A stretch of 64,000 nt of DNA from assembly GCA_051362555.1 (NCBI GenBank), contig CM120642.1, positions 9,796,001 through 9,860,000 of the forward strand. Reading direction: 5' to 3'. Position numbers and translations under genes: made by a program. How positions within the stretch are numbered: the first letter of the stretch is position 1; every line of letters starts with the position of its first letter. The stretch comes from Lingula anatina. Taxonomy: Eukaryota; Animalia; Brachiopoda. The notes below the pieces were generated by a model. That model made no database searches and had not been told where the DNA came from. It saw nothing but the letters and a program-made list of their open reading frames with translations. Positions 50,628 through 63,600 of the stretch are shown here, piece by piece.

Positions 50628-53600
50628 GTGAGTTTCGGATACTATCAGTTCATTTTCTCACAGCGTGGGCATTTTTAATTGGGGAATTATTACATCGTAT
50701 ACATGGATGCAAAGTGGAAAGTTGTGTTTTAAAGATCCCCGTATTTCTATGAAAAAAACCTTTTTACTGTTGGCCTGCTGAATGGATTTTGAGTCATTTA
50801 TCGAAACCTTTAACTAGAGGTGGATTTTAAAGCAATGCATGAACCTGTTGGGATGACTCAAACCCAGATCTTTTGTGAATGGAAGAAGGCGAAGTGAAGT
50901 GTTGAATCAATGAATCAATGGTAACTAGTAAGTGAGAAGAGAAAATTACGACCGGAAGTAAAAGTAGCAAATTTCAGCAGAGTAGGCTATTTTCCAGGAT
51001 GGACAGGATAAAAATTGACTGCAAAGTTGAAAATTACTGATATCCCTTGTTTAACGTGCTGTTGAAGGCTCTATGAAAAGCAAATTATGGACTATTAGTT
51101 TTTACGGACAGAAACTGAGAGTTCTGGAGAGCTTTTCCCAATTGTAAAAAATATCACATAATTACTATTATTTATCTATATGTCAAAGTATGGCATTTTT
51201 GTCGTTCTGTGGTTATTCAATTCAGCTAAGTCTGCATAAGGTCAAATCACCTTGAAGTCTCATTTTCATATGCATATATATCCTAATTTATTCCAGGAAC
51301 TCCTTGTTCCCCAAGAAACGTGAAACAATTTACATGGACAGATATCAACGACGATAGGGATGTCGGTTTAATTAAGGTAACAGGCACGTTAAAAAAACGC
51401 TTTTCAATTCAGAATTACGTGCGTGTAGTAGGCTTGTTAAGGGTCAAAAATTGGCCAAACGCTGCATTTTGTATCGCTCGCAGGAAAAAGCCGAATATTA
51501 CAAAATTAAATTTGCTGGTTATTTAAGGCTATGATGCTTGCCACGTCAGTCTCAAACTGTAAATAACCAAATAATGAGAAATCGGTTAGCTTTTTATTTT
51601 AGGGTGTTAGGGCCCTACCGTATTTTTATGCAAAAGGTAATTTGCTAAGTCCCACGAGAGCCCTCATTTGTTCTCGTCTCGTGACATCCCGATTCAGGGG
51701 TCAAGTCGTTGTCGTGATGGACTGACGTGCGACATCCGGGACTCGAACCCGTGACTTTGCGTTACCAAGGTTGATGACGCTACCGACTGCTCCGTGCCTG
51801 ACCCATTTTACAAATTAATTCTGGCCAAAAAATGAAACGACAGCTACTGTGTCTCGAACCAGCGTCCGAGAGCCTGCCTGTCCGCAAGTAAGCAGACTTA
51901 CAACGCAGCCACGACGGCTCCGTTGGTTCGAAATGATCAGATGGAAACTTTCAACCTCCTCACGGAGAGCGCCAGGTCGCAATGGATAATCCGGGTGCCG
52001 CATTTCAGCCCACGCAACCCCAGTCCCCGACATGAACGGTAAAGTTCGTGATGTACAACGAAGTCGTGTTTGACAACCCGACCCGGAGCTCGGAGCTTAT
52101 TTTATACTACGATTGATTTTGGCTTTACCCATGACATTAAAGAGTACAATGGGATCAGAGGCGGTTCACAACAGGCGGGGTTTACTTTTAGCGAGACCAT
52201 GAGAGGAGAGAATAAAAAATACATTCAACTTTTTAATTACTGGTGCGATTGCAGCCATGGAAATTTTGAGTAAAACATATTTGGCAAATAATTTCGTCGA
52301 GGAGATATCGTTTTTCTACCGAACACGGTTAACAGGTGGTGTGACGTGCTGTTATACCGGAAAAGCTACAGAATCAAAACAAGTTGGATCGTGTTCTTTG
52401 ATAGGCCTGCTCTGTACGTTCCTAGTAAGATGACTTCGGATGCTTTTATTCTCATTTGTTTTTGCACTGAGATTGCGTTTGGTTTCACCTTTGACGTTGT
52501 AGAGCACGATGAAGTCCACAGCTGTTCACACCTCGGCGGTTTTAGTATTGAGTAGTCTTTACTCCTTCAAATGTCGACTGCTGACTTGCCCCGGCTACTG
52601 CTATGAACATATGAACAGTCTTGAGAAGCAAGGGCCCAAGATAGGAAAGATGGGGCATAAAAAGACAAAACGTGTGCCTGATAAAAGGAGTAGAGGTGAC
52701 GCGACTTTTGTAAAAATTGAAGTTTTCTCGCTGATAATCCCACCAAGAAGACAGCACATTTTGATGAAATGCAAGCCATACGGAGTTAGTTATAGCTCAA
52801 TATAAGTTCAAGATCTGTGGCACCAATATAACTGAAGAGAAAGGAAATATAATTGTCGACGCAGATGTAAATTTTCTAAAGTATTCCGTATTTTTATGCA
52901 AAAGGTAATTTGCTAAGTCCCACGAGAGCCCTCATTTGTTCTCGTCTCGTGACATCCCGATTCAGGGGCCAAGTCGTTGTCGTGATGGACTGACGTGCCT
53001 CATCCGGGACTCGAACCCGTGACTTTGCGTTACCAAGGTTGATGACGCTTTGGATGTCTCATTTGCATCCATGCACGCTACCGACTGCTTCGTGACTGAC
53101 CCGCCCACCCTCCGTAGGTGCGAGTTTCCTCTTATAGTAAACAATCGCAATTTTTACAAATTAATTCTGGCCAAAAAATGAAACGACAGCTACTGTGTCT
53201 CGAACCAGCGTCCGAGAGCCTGCCTGTCCGCAAGTCCGCAGACTTACAACGCAGCCACGACGGCTCCGTTGGTTCGAAATGATCAGATGGAAACTTTCAA
53301 CCTCGTCACGGAGAGCGCCAGGTCGCAATGGATAATCCGGGTGCCGCATTTCAGCCCACGCAACCCCAGTCCCCGACATGAACGGTAAAGTTCGTGATGT
53401 ACAACGAAGTCGTGTTTGACAACCCGACCCGGAGCTCGGAGCTTATTTTATACTACGATTGATTTTGGCTTTACCCATGACATTAAAGAGTACAATGGGA
53501 TCAGAGGCGGTTCACAACAGGCGGGGTTTACTTTTAGCAAGACCATGAGAGGAGAGAATAAAAAAATACATTCAACTTTTTAATTACTGGTGCGATTGCA

Positions 53601-54332
53601 GCCATGGAAATTTTGAGTAAAACATATTTGGCAAATAATTCCGCCGAGGAGATATCGTTTTTCTACCGAACACGGTTAACAGGTGGTGTGACGTGCTGTT
53701 ATACCGGAAAAGCTACAGAATCAAAACAAGTTGGATCGTGTTCTTTGATAGGCCTGCTCTGTACGTTCCTAGTAAGATGCTTTTATTCTCATTTGTTTTT
53801 GCACTGAGATTGCGTTTGGTTTCACCTTTGACGTTGTAGAGCACGATGAAGTCCACAGCTGTTCACACCTCGGCGGTTTTAGTATTGAGTAGTCTTTACT
53901 CCTTCAAATGTCGACTGCTGACTTGCCCCGGCTACTGCTATGAACATATGAACAGTCTTGAGAAGCAAGAGCCCAAGATAGGAAAGATGGGGCATAAAAA
54001 GACAAAACGTGTGCCTGATAAAAGGAGTAGAGGTGACGCGACTTTTGTAAAAATTGAAAAGTTTTCTCGCTGATAATCCCACCAAGAAGACAGCACATTT
54101 TGATGAAATGCAAGCCATACGGAGTTAGTTATAGCTCAATATAAGTTCAAGATCTGTGGCACCAATATAACTGAAGAGAAAGGAAATATAATTGTCGACG
54201 CAGATGTAAATTTTCTAAAGTATACCGTATTTTTATGCAAAAGGTAATTTGCTAAGTCCCACGAGAGCCCTCATTCGTTCTCGTCTCGTGACATGCCGAT
54301 TCAGGGGCCAAGTCGTTGTCGTGATGGACTGA

Positions 54333-54440
54333 CGTGCCTCATCCGGGACTCGAACCCGTGACTTTGCGTTACCAAGGTTGATGACGCTTTGGATGTCTCA
54401 TTTGCATCCATGCACGCTACCGACTGCTCCGTGACTGACC
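54333..54440 (-). ncRNA. tRNA-like Pol III cassette A (representative copy; one per monomer)
   Basis: Minus strand ..cggagcagtcggtagcg (A-box-like) .. cttggtaa .. gtcacgGGTTCGAGTCCcgg (B box in a T-arm); does not fold as a clean cloverleaf by eye. Confidence 0.5.
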
Positions 54441-54511
54441 CGCCCACCCTCCGTAGGTGCGAGTTTCCTCTTATAGTAAACAATCGCAATTTTTACAAAT
54501 TAATTCTGGCC

Positions 54512-54603
54512 AAAAAATGAAACGACAGCTACTGTGTCTCGAACCAGCGTCCGAGAGCCTGCCTGTCCGCAAGTCAGCAGAGTTACCACGCAGCCACGAC
54601 GGC
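54512..54603 (-). ncRNA. tRNA-like Pol III cassette B (representative copy; one per monomer, two in monomer 6)
   Basis: Minus strand gccgtcgTGGCTGCGTGGtaa .. ctgGTTCGAGACacag .. TTTTTT; spacing like a Ser/Leu-class tRNA with long variable arm, stems degenerate. Confidence 0.4.
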
Positions 54604-57600
54604 TTCGTTGGTTCGAAATGATCAGATGGAAACTTTCAACCTCGTCACGGAGAGCGCCAGGGCGCAATGTATAATCCGGGTGCCGCATTTCAGCCCACGC
54701 AACCCCAGTCCCCGACATGAACGGTAAAGTTCGTGATGTACAACGAAGTCGTGTTTGACAACCCGACCCGGAGCTCGGAGCTTATTTTATACTACGATTG
54801 ATTTTGGCTTTACCCATGACATTAAAGAGTACAATGGGATCAGAGGCGGTTCACAACAGGCGGGGTTTACTTTTAGCGAGACCATGAGAGGAGAGAATAA
54901 AAAATACATTCAACTTTTTAATTACTGGTGCGATTGCAGCCATGGAAATTTTGAGTAAAACATATTTGGCAAATAATTCCGTCGAGGAGATATCGTTTTT
55001 CTACCGAACACGGTTAACAGGTGGTGTGACGTGCTGTTATACCGGAAAAGCTACAGAATCAAAACAAGTTGGATTGTGTTCTTTGATAGGCCTGCTCTGT
55101 ACGTTCCTAGTAAGATGCTTTTATTCTCATTTGTTTTTGCACTGAGATTGCGTTTGGTTTCACCTTTGACGTTGTAGAGCACGATGACGTCCACAGCTGT
55201 TCACACCTCGGCGGTTTTAGTATTGAGTAGTCTTTACTCCTTCAAATGTCGACTGCTGACTTGCCCCGGCTACTGCTATGAACATATGAACAGTCTTGAG
55301 AAGCAAGGGCCCAAGATAGGAAAGATGGGGCATAAAAAGACAAAACGTGTGCCTGATAAAAGGAGTAGAGGTGACGCGACTTTTGTAAAAATTGAAAAGT
55401 TTTCTCGCTGATAATCCCACCAAGAAGACAGCACATTTTGATGAAATGCAAGCCATACGGAGTTAGTTATAGCTCAATATAAGTTCAAGATCTGTGGCAC
55501 CAATATAACTGATGAGAAAGGAAATATAATTGTCGACGCAGATGTAAATTTTCTAAAGTATACCGTATTTTTATGCAAAAGGTAATTTGCTAAGTCCCAC
55601 GAGAGCCCTCATTTGTTCTCGTCTCGTGACATGCCGATTCAGGGGCCAAGTCGTTGTCGTGATGGACTGACGTGCCTCATCCGGGACTCGAACCCGTGAC
55701 TTTGCGTTACCAAGGTTGATGACGCTTTGGATGTCTCATTTGCATCCATGCACGCTACCGACTGCTCCGTGCTGACCCGCCCACCCTCCGTAGGTGCGAG
55801 TTTCCTCTTATAGTAAACAATCGCAATTTTTACAAATTAATTCTGGCCAAAAAATGAAACGACAGCTACTGTGTCTCGAACCAGCGTCTGAGAGTCTGCC
55901 TGTCCGCAAGTCAGCAGAGTTACCACGCAGCCACGACGGCTCCGTTGGTTCGAAATGATCAGATGGAAACTTTCAACCTCGTCACGGAGAGCGCCAGGTC
56001 GCAATGTATAATCCGGGTGCCGCATTTCAGCCCACGCAACCCCAGTCCCCGACATGAACGGTAAAGTTCGTGATGTACAACGAAGTCGTGTTTGACAACC
56101 CGACCCGGAGCTCGGAGCTTATTTTATACTACGATTGATTTTGGCTTTACCCATGACATTAAAGAGTACAATGGGATCAGAGGCGGTTCACAACAGGCGG
56201 GGTTTACTTTTAGCAAGACCATGAGAGGAGAGAATAAAAAAATACATTCAACTTTTTAATTACTGGTGCGATTGCAGCCATGGAAATTTTGAGTAAAACA
56301 TATTTGGCAAATAATTCCGCCGAGGAGATATCGTTTTTCTACCGAACACGGTTAACAGGTGGTGTGACGTGCTGTTATACCGGAAAAGCTACAGAATCAA
56401 AACAAGTTGGATCGTGTTCTTTGATAGGCCTGCTCTGTACGTTCCTAGTAAGATGCTTTTATTCTCATTTGTTTTTGCACTGAGATTGCGTTTGGTTTCA
56501 CCTTTGACGTTGTAGAGCACGATGAAGTCCACAGCTGTTCACACCTCGGCGGTTTTAGTATTGAGTAGTCTTTACTCCTTCAAATGTCGACTGCTGCCTT
56601 GCCCCGGCTACTGCTATGAACATATGAACAGTCTTGAGAAGCAAGAGCCCAAGATAGGAAAGATGGGGCATAAAAAGACAAAACGTGTGCCTGATAAAAG
56701 GAGTAGAGGTGACGCGACTTTTGTAAAAATTGAAAAGTTTTCTCGCTGATAATCCCACCAAGAAGACAGCACATTTTGATGAAATGCAAGCCATACGGAG
56801 TTAGTTATAGCTCAATATAAGTTCAAGATCTGTGGCACCAATATAACTGAAGAGAAAGGAAATATAATTGTCGACGCAGATGTAAATTTTCTAAAGTATA
56901 CCGTATTTTTATGCAAAAGGTAATTTGCTAAGTCCCACGAGAGCCCTCATTCGTTCTCGTCTCGTGACATGCCGATTCAGGGGCCAAGTCGTTGTCGTGA
57001 TGGACTGACGTGCCTCATCCGGGACTCGAACCCGTGACTTTGCGTTACCAAGGTTGATGACGCTTTGGATGTCTCATTTGCATCCATGCACGCTACCGAC
57101 TGCTCCGTGACTGACCCGCCCACCCTCCGTAGGTGCGAGTTTCCTCTTATAGTAAACAATCGCAATTTTTACAAATTAATTCTGGCCAAAGAATGAAACG
57201 ACAGCTACTGTGTCTCGAACCAGCGTCCGAGAGTCTGCCTGTCCGCAAGTCAGCAGAGTTACCACGCAGCCACGACGGCTCCGTTGGTTCGAAATGATCA
57301 GATGGAAACTTTCAACCTCGTCACGGAGAGCGCCAAGTCGCAATGTATAATCCGGGTGCCGCATTTCAGCCCACGCAACCCCAGTCCCCGACATGAACGG
57401 TAAAGTTCGTGATGTACAACGAAGTCGTGTTTGACAACCCGACCCGGAGCTCGGAGCTTATTTTATACTACGATTGATTTTGGCTTTACCCATGACATTA
57501 AAGAGTACAATGGGATCAGAGGCGGTTCACAACAGGCGGGGTTTACTTTTAGCAAGACCATGAGAGGAGAGAATAAAAAATACATTCAACTTTTTAATTA

Positions 57601-60600
57601 CTGGTGCGATTGCAGCCATGGAAATTTTGAGTAAAACATATTTGGCAAATAATTCCGTCGAGGAGATATCGTTTTTCTACCGAACACGGTTAACAGGTGG
57701 TGTGACGTGCTGTTATACCGGAAAAGCTACAGAATCAAAACAAGTTGGATCGTGTTCTTTGATAGGCCTGCTCTGTACGTTCCTAGTAAGATGCTTTTAT
57801 TCTCATTTGTTTTTGCACTGAGATTGCGTTTGGTTTCACCTTTGACGTTGTAGAGCACGATGACGTCCACAGCTGTTCACACCTCGGCGGTTTTAGTATT
57901 GAGTAGTCTTTACTCCTTCAAATGTCGACTGCTGCCTTGCCCCGGCTACTGCTATGAACATATGAACAGTCTTGAGAAGCAAGAGCCCAAGATAGGAAAG
58001 ATGGGGCATAAAAAGACAAAACGTGTGCCTGATAAAAGGAGTAGAGGTGACGCGACTTTTGTAAAAATTGAAAAGTTTTCTCGCTGATAATCCCACCAAG
58101 AAGACAGCACATTTTGATGAAATGCAAGCCATACGGAGTTAGTTATAGCTCAATATAAGTTCAAGATCTGTGGCACCAATATAACTGAAGAGAAAGGAAA
58201 TATAATTGTCGACGCAGATGTAAATTTTCTAAAGTATTCCGTATTTTTATGCAAAAGGTAATTTGCTAAGTCCCACGAGAGCCCTCATTCGTTCTCGTCT
58301 CGTGACATCCCGATTCAGGGGCCAAGTCGTTGTCGTGATGGACTGACGTGCCTCATCCGGGACTCGAACCCGTGACTTTGCGTTACCAAGGTTGATGACG
58401 CTTTGGATGTCTCATTTGCATCCATGCACGCTACCGACTGCTTCGTGACTGACCCGCCCACCCTCCGTAGGTGCGAGTTTCCTCTTATAGTAAACAATCG
58501 CAATTTTTACAAATTAATTCTGGCCAAAAAATGAAACGACAGCTACTGTGTCTCGAACCAGCGTCCGAGAGCCTGCCTGTCCGCAAGTCCGCAGACTTAC
58601 AACGCAGCCACGACGGCTCCGTTGGTTCGAAATGATCTTATAGTAAACAATCGCAATTTTTACAAATTAATTCTGGCCAAAAAATGAAACGACAGCTACT
58701 GTATCTCGAACCAGCGTCCGAGAGTCTGCCTGTCCGCAAGTCAGCAGAGTTACCACGCAGCCACGACGGCTCCGTTGGTTCGAAATGATCAGATGGAAAC
58801 TTTCAACCTCGTCACGGAGAGCGCCAGGTCGCAATGGATAATCCGGGTGCCGCATTTCAGCCCACGCAACCCCAGTCCCCGACATGAACGGTAAAGTTCG
58901 TGATGTACAACGAAGTCGTGTTTGACAACCCGACCCGGAGCTCGGAGCTTATTTTATACTACGATTGATTTTGGCTTTACCCATGACATTAAAGAGTACA
59001 ATGGGATCAGAGGCGGTTCACAACAGGCGGGGTTTACTTTTAGCGAGACCATGAGAGGAGAGAATAAAAAATACATTCAACTTTTTAATTACTGGTGCGA
59101 TTGCAGCCATGGAAATTTTGAGTAAAACATATTTGGCAAATAATTTCGTCGAGGAGATATCGTTTTTCTACCGAACACGGTTAACAGGTGGTGTGACGTG
59201 CTGTTATACCGGAAAAGCTACAGAATCAAAACAAGTTGGATCGTGTTCTTTGATAGGCCTGCTCTGTACGTTCCTAGTAAGATGACTTCGGATGCTTTTA
59301 TTCTCATTTGTTTTTGCACTGAGATTGCGTTTGGTTTCACCTTTGACGTTGTAGAGCACGATGAAGTCCACAGCTGTTCACACCTCGGCGGTTTTAGTAT
59401 TGAGTAGTCTTTACTCCTTCAAATGTCGACTGCTGACTTGCCCCGGCTACTGCTATGAACATATGAACAGTCTTGAGAAGCAAGGGCCCAAGATAGGAAA
59501 GATGGGGCATAAAAAGACAAAACGTGTGCCTGATAAAAGGAGTAGAGGTGACGCGACTTTTGTAAAAATTGAAGTTTTCTCGCTGATAATCCCACCAAGA
59601 AGACAGCACATTTTGATGAAATGCAAGCCATACGGAGTTAGTTATAGCTCAATATAAGTTCAAGATCTGTGGCACCAATATAACTGAAGAGAAAGGAAAT
59701 ATAATTGTCGACGCAGATGTAAATTTTCTAAAGTATTCCGTATTTTTATGCAAAAGGTAATTTGCTAAGTCCCACGAGAGCCCTCATTTGTTCTCGTCTC
59801 GTGACATCCCGATTCAGGGGCCAAGTCGTTGTCGTGATGGACTGACGTGCCTCATCCGGGACTCGAACCCGTGACTTTGCGTTACCAAGGTTGATGACGC
59901 TTTGGATGTCTCATTTGCATCCATGCACGCTACCGACTGCTTCGTGACTGACCCGCCCACCCTCCGTAGGTGCGAGTTTCCTCTTATAGTAAACAATCGC
60001 AATTTTTACAAATTAATTCTGGCCAAAAAATGAAACGACAGCTACTGTGTCTCGAACCAGCGTCCGAGAGCCTGCCTGTCCGCAAGTCCGCAGACTTACA
60101 ACGCAGCCACGACGGCTCCGTTGGTTCGAAATGATCAGATGGAAACTTTCAACCTCGTCACGGAGAGCGCCAGGTCGCAATGGATAATCCGGGTGCCGCA
60201 TTTCAGCCCACGCAACCCCAGTCCCCGACATGAACGGTAAAGTTCGTGATGTACAACGAAGTCGTGTTTGACAACCCGACCCGGAGCTCGGAGCTTATTT
60301 TATACTACGATTGATTTTGGCTTTACCCATGACATTAAAGAGTACAATGGGATCAGAGGCGGTTCACAACAGGCGGGGTTTACTTTTAGCAAGACCATGA
60401 GAGGAGAGAATAAAAAAATACATTCAACTTTTTAATTACTGGTGCGATTGCAGCCATGGAAATTTTGAGTAAAACATATTTGGCATATAATTCCGCCGAG
60501 GAGATATCGTTTTTCTACCGAACACGGTTAACAGGTGGTGTGACGTGCTGTTATACCGGAAAAGCTACAGAATCAAAACAAGTTGGATCGTGTTCTTTGA

Positions 60601-63600
60601 TAGGCCTGCTCTGTACGTTCCTAGTAAGATGCTTTTATTCTCATTTGTTTTTGCACTGAGATTGCGTTTGGTTTCACCTTTGACGTTGTAGAGCACGATG
60701 AAGTCCACAGCTGTTCACACCTCGGCGGTTTTAGTATTGAGTAGTCTTTACTCCTTCAAATGTCGACTGCTGACTTGCCCCGGCTACTGCTATGAACATA
60801 TGAACAGTCTTGAGAAGCAAGAGCCCAAGATAGGAAAGATGGGGCATAAAAAGACAAAACGTGTGCCTGATAAAAGGAGTAGAGGTGACGCGACTTTTGT
60901 AAAAATTGAAAAGTTTTCTCGCTGATAATCCCACCAAGAAGACAGCACATTTTGATGAAATGCAAGCCATACGGAGTTAGTTATAGCTCAATATAAGTTC
61001 AAGATCTGTGGCACCAATATAACTGAAGAGAAAGGAAATATAATTGTCGACGCAGATGTAAATTTTCTAAAGTATACCGTATTTTTATGCAAAAGGTAAT
61101 TTGCTAAGTCCCACGAGAGCCCTCATTCGTTCTCGTCTCGTGACATGCCGATTCAGGGGCCAAGTCGTTGTCGTGATGGACTGACGTGCCTCATCCGGGA
61201 CTCGAACCCGTGACTTTGCGTTACCAAGGTTGATGACGCTTTGGATGTCTCATTTGCATCCATGCACGCTACCGACTGCTCCGTGACTGACCCGCCCACC
61301 CTCCGTAGGTGCGAGTTTCCTCTTATAGTAAACAATCGCAATTTTTACAAATTAATTCTGGCCAAAAAATGAAACGACAGCTACTGTGTCTCGAACCAGC
61401 GTCCGAGAGCCTGCCTGTCCGCAAGTCAGCAGAGTTACCACGCAGCCACGACGGCTTCGTTGGTTCGAAATGATCAGATGGAAACTTTCAACCTCGTCAC
61501 GGAGAGCGCCAGGTCGCAATGTATAATCCGGGTGCCGCATTTCAGCCCACGCAACCCCAGTCCCCGACATGAACGGTAAAGTTCGTGATGTACAACGAAG
61601 TCGTGTTTGACAACCCGACCCGGAGCTCGGAGCTTATTTTATACTACGATTGATTTTGGCTTTACCCATGACATTAAAGAGTACAATGGGATCAGAGGCG
61701 GTTCACAACAGGCGGGGTTTACTTTTAGCGAGACCATGAGAGGAGAGAATAAAAAATACATTCAACTTTTTAATTACTGGTGCGATTGCAGCCATGGAAA
61801 TTTTGAGTAAAACATATTTGGCAAATAATTCCGTCGAGGAGATATCGTTTTTCTACCGAACACGGTTAACAGGTGGTGTGACGTGCTGTTATACCGGAAA
61901 AGCTACAGAATCAAAACAAGTTGGATTGTGTTCTTTGATAGGCCTGCTCTGTACGTTCCTAGTAAGATGCTTTTATTCTCATTTGTTTTTGCACTGAGAT
62001 TGCGTTTGGTTTCACCTTTGACGTTGTAGAGCACGATGACGTCCACAGCTGTTCACACCTCGGCGGTTTTAGTATTGAGTAGTCTTTACTCCTTCAAATG
62101 TCGACTGCTGACTTGCCCCGGCTACTGCTATGAACATATGAACAGTCTTGAGAAGCAAGGGCCCAAGATAGGAAAGATGGGGCATAAAAAGACAAAACGT
62201 GTGCCTGATAAAAGGAGTAGAGGTGACGCGACTTTTGTAAAAATTGAAAAGTTTTCTCGCTGATAATCCCACCAAGAAGACAGCACATTTTGATGAAATG
62301 CAAGCCATACGGAGTTAGTTATAGCTCAATATAAGTTCAAGATCTGTGGCACCAATATAACTGATGAGAAAGGAAATATAATTGTCGACGCAGATGTAAA
62401 TTTTCTAAAGTATACCGTATTTTTATGCAAAAGGTAATTTGCTAAGTCCCACGAGAGCCCTCATTTGTTCTCGTCTCGTGACATGCCGATTCAGGGGCCA
62501 AGTCGTTGTCGTGATGGACTGACGTGCCTCATCCGGGACTCGAACCCGTGACTTTGCGTTACCAAGGTTGATGACGCTTTGGATGTCTCATTTGCATCCA
62601 TGCACGCTACCGACTGCTCCGTGCTGACCCGCCCACCCTCCGTAGGTGCGAGTTTCCTCTTATAGTAAACAATCGCAATTTTTACAAATTAATTCTGGCC
62701 AAAAAATGAAACGACAGCTACTGTGTCTCGAACCAGCGTCTGAGAGTCTGCCTGTCCGCAAGTCAGCAGAGTTACCACGCAGCCACGACGGCTCCGTTGG
62801 TTCGAAATGATCAGATGGAAACTTTCAACCTCGTCACGGAGAGCGCCAGGTCGCAATGTATAATCCGGGTGCCGCATTTCAGCCCACGCAACCCCAGTCC
62901 CCGACATGAACGGTAAAGTTCGTGATGTACAACGAAGTCGTGTTTGACAACCCGACCCGGAGCTCGGAGCTTATTTTATACTACGATTGATTTTGGCTTT
63001 ACCCATGACATTAAAGAGTACAATGGGATCAGAGGCGGTTCACAACAGGCGGGGTTTACTTTTAGCAAGACCATGAGAGGAGAGAATAAAAAAATACATT
63101 CAACTTTTTAATTACTGGTGCGATTGCAGCCATGGAAATTTTGAGTAAAACATATTTGGCAAATAATTCCGCCGAGGAGATATCGTTTTTCTACCGAACA
63201 CGGTTAACAGGTGGTGTGACGTGCTGTTATACCGGAAAAGCTACAGAATCAAAACAAGTTGGATCGTGTTCTTTGATAGGCCTGCTCTGTACGTTCCTAG
63301 TAAGATGCTTTTATTCTCATTTGTTTTTGCACTGAGATTGCGTTTGGTTTCACCTTTGACGTTGTAGAGCACGATGACGTCCACAGCTGTTCACACCTCG
63401 GCGGTTTTAGTATTGAGTAGTCTTTACTCCTTCAAATGTCGACTGCTGCCTTGCCCCGGCTACTGCTATGAACATATGAACAGTCTTGAGAAGCAAGAGC
63501 CCAAGATAGGAAAGATGGGGCATAAAAAGACAAAACGTGTGCCTGATAAAAGGAGTAGAGGTGACGCGACTTTTGTAAAAATTGAAAAGTTTTCTCGCTG

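Noticed and set aside
54333-54603. Functional tRNA genes (Thr or Ser/Leu-like) or vault RNA
   Set aside because: Acceptor and anticodon stems do not pair by eye; GGTTCGAGAC alone is not enough for a vault RNA call. Kept only as tRNA-like.
55500-55545. Hammerhead-like core in the satellite (ctga[a/t]ga..gaaa..gtc)
   Set aside because: Only gaaag lies between CUGANGA and GAAA, so there is no stem II, and no stem I pairing is visible; likely chance.
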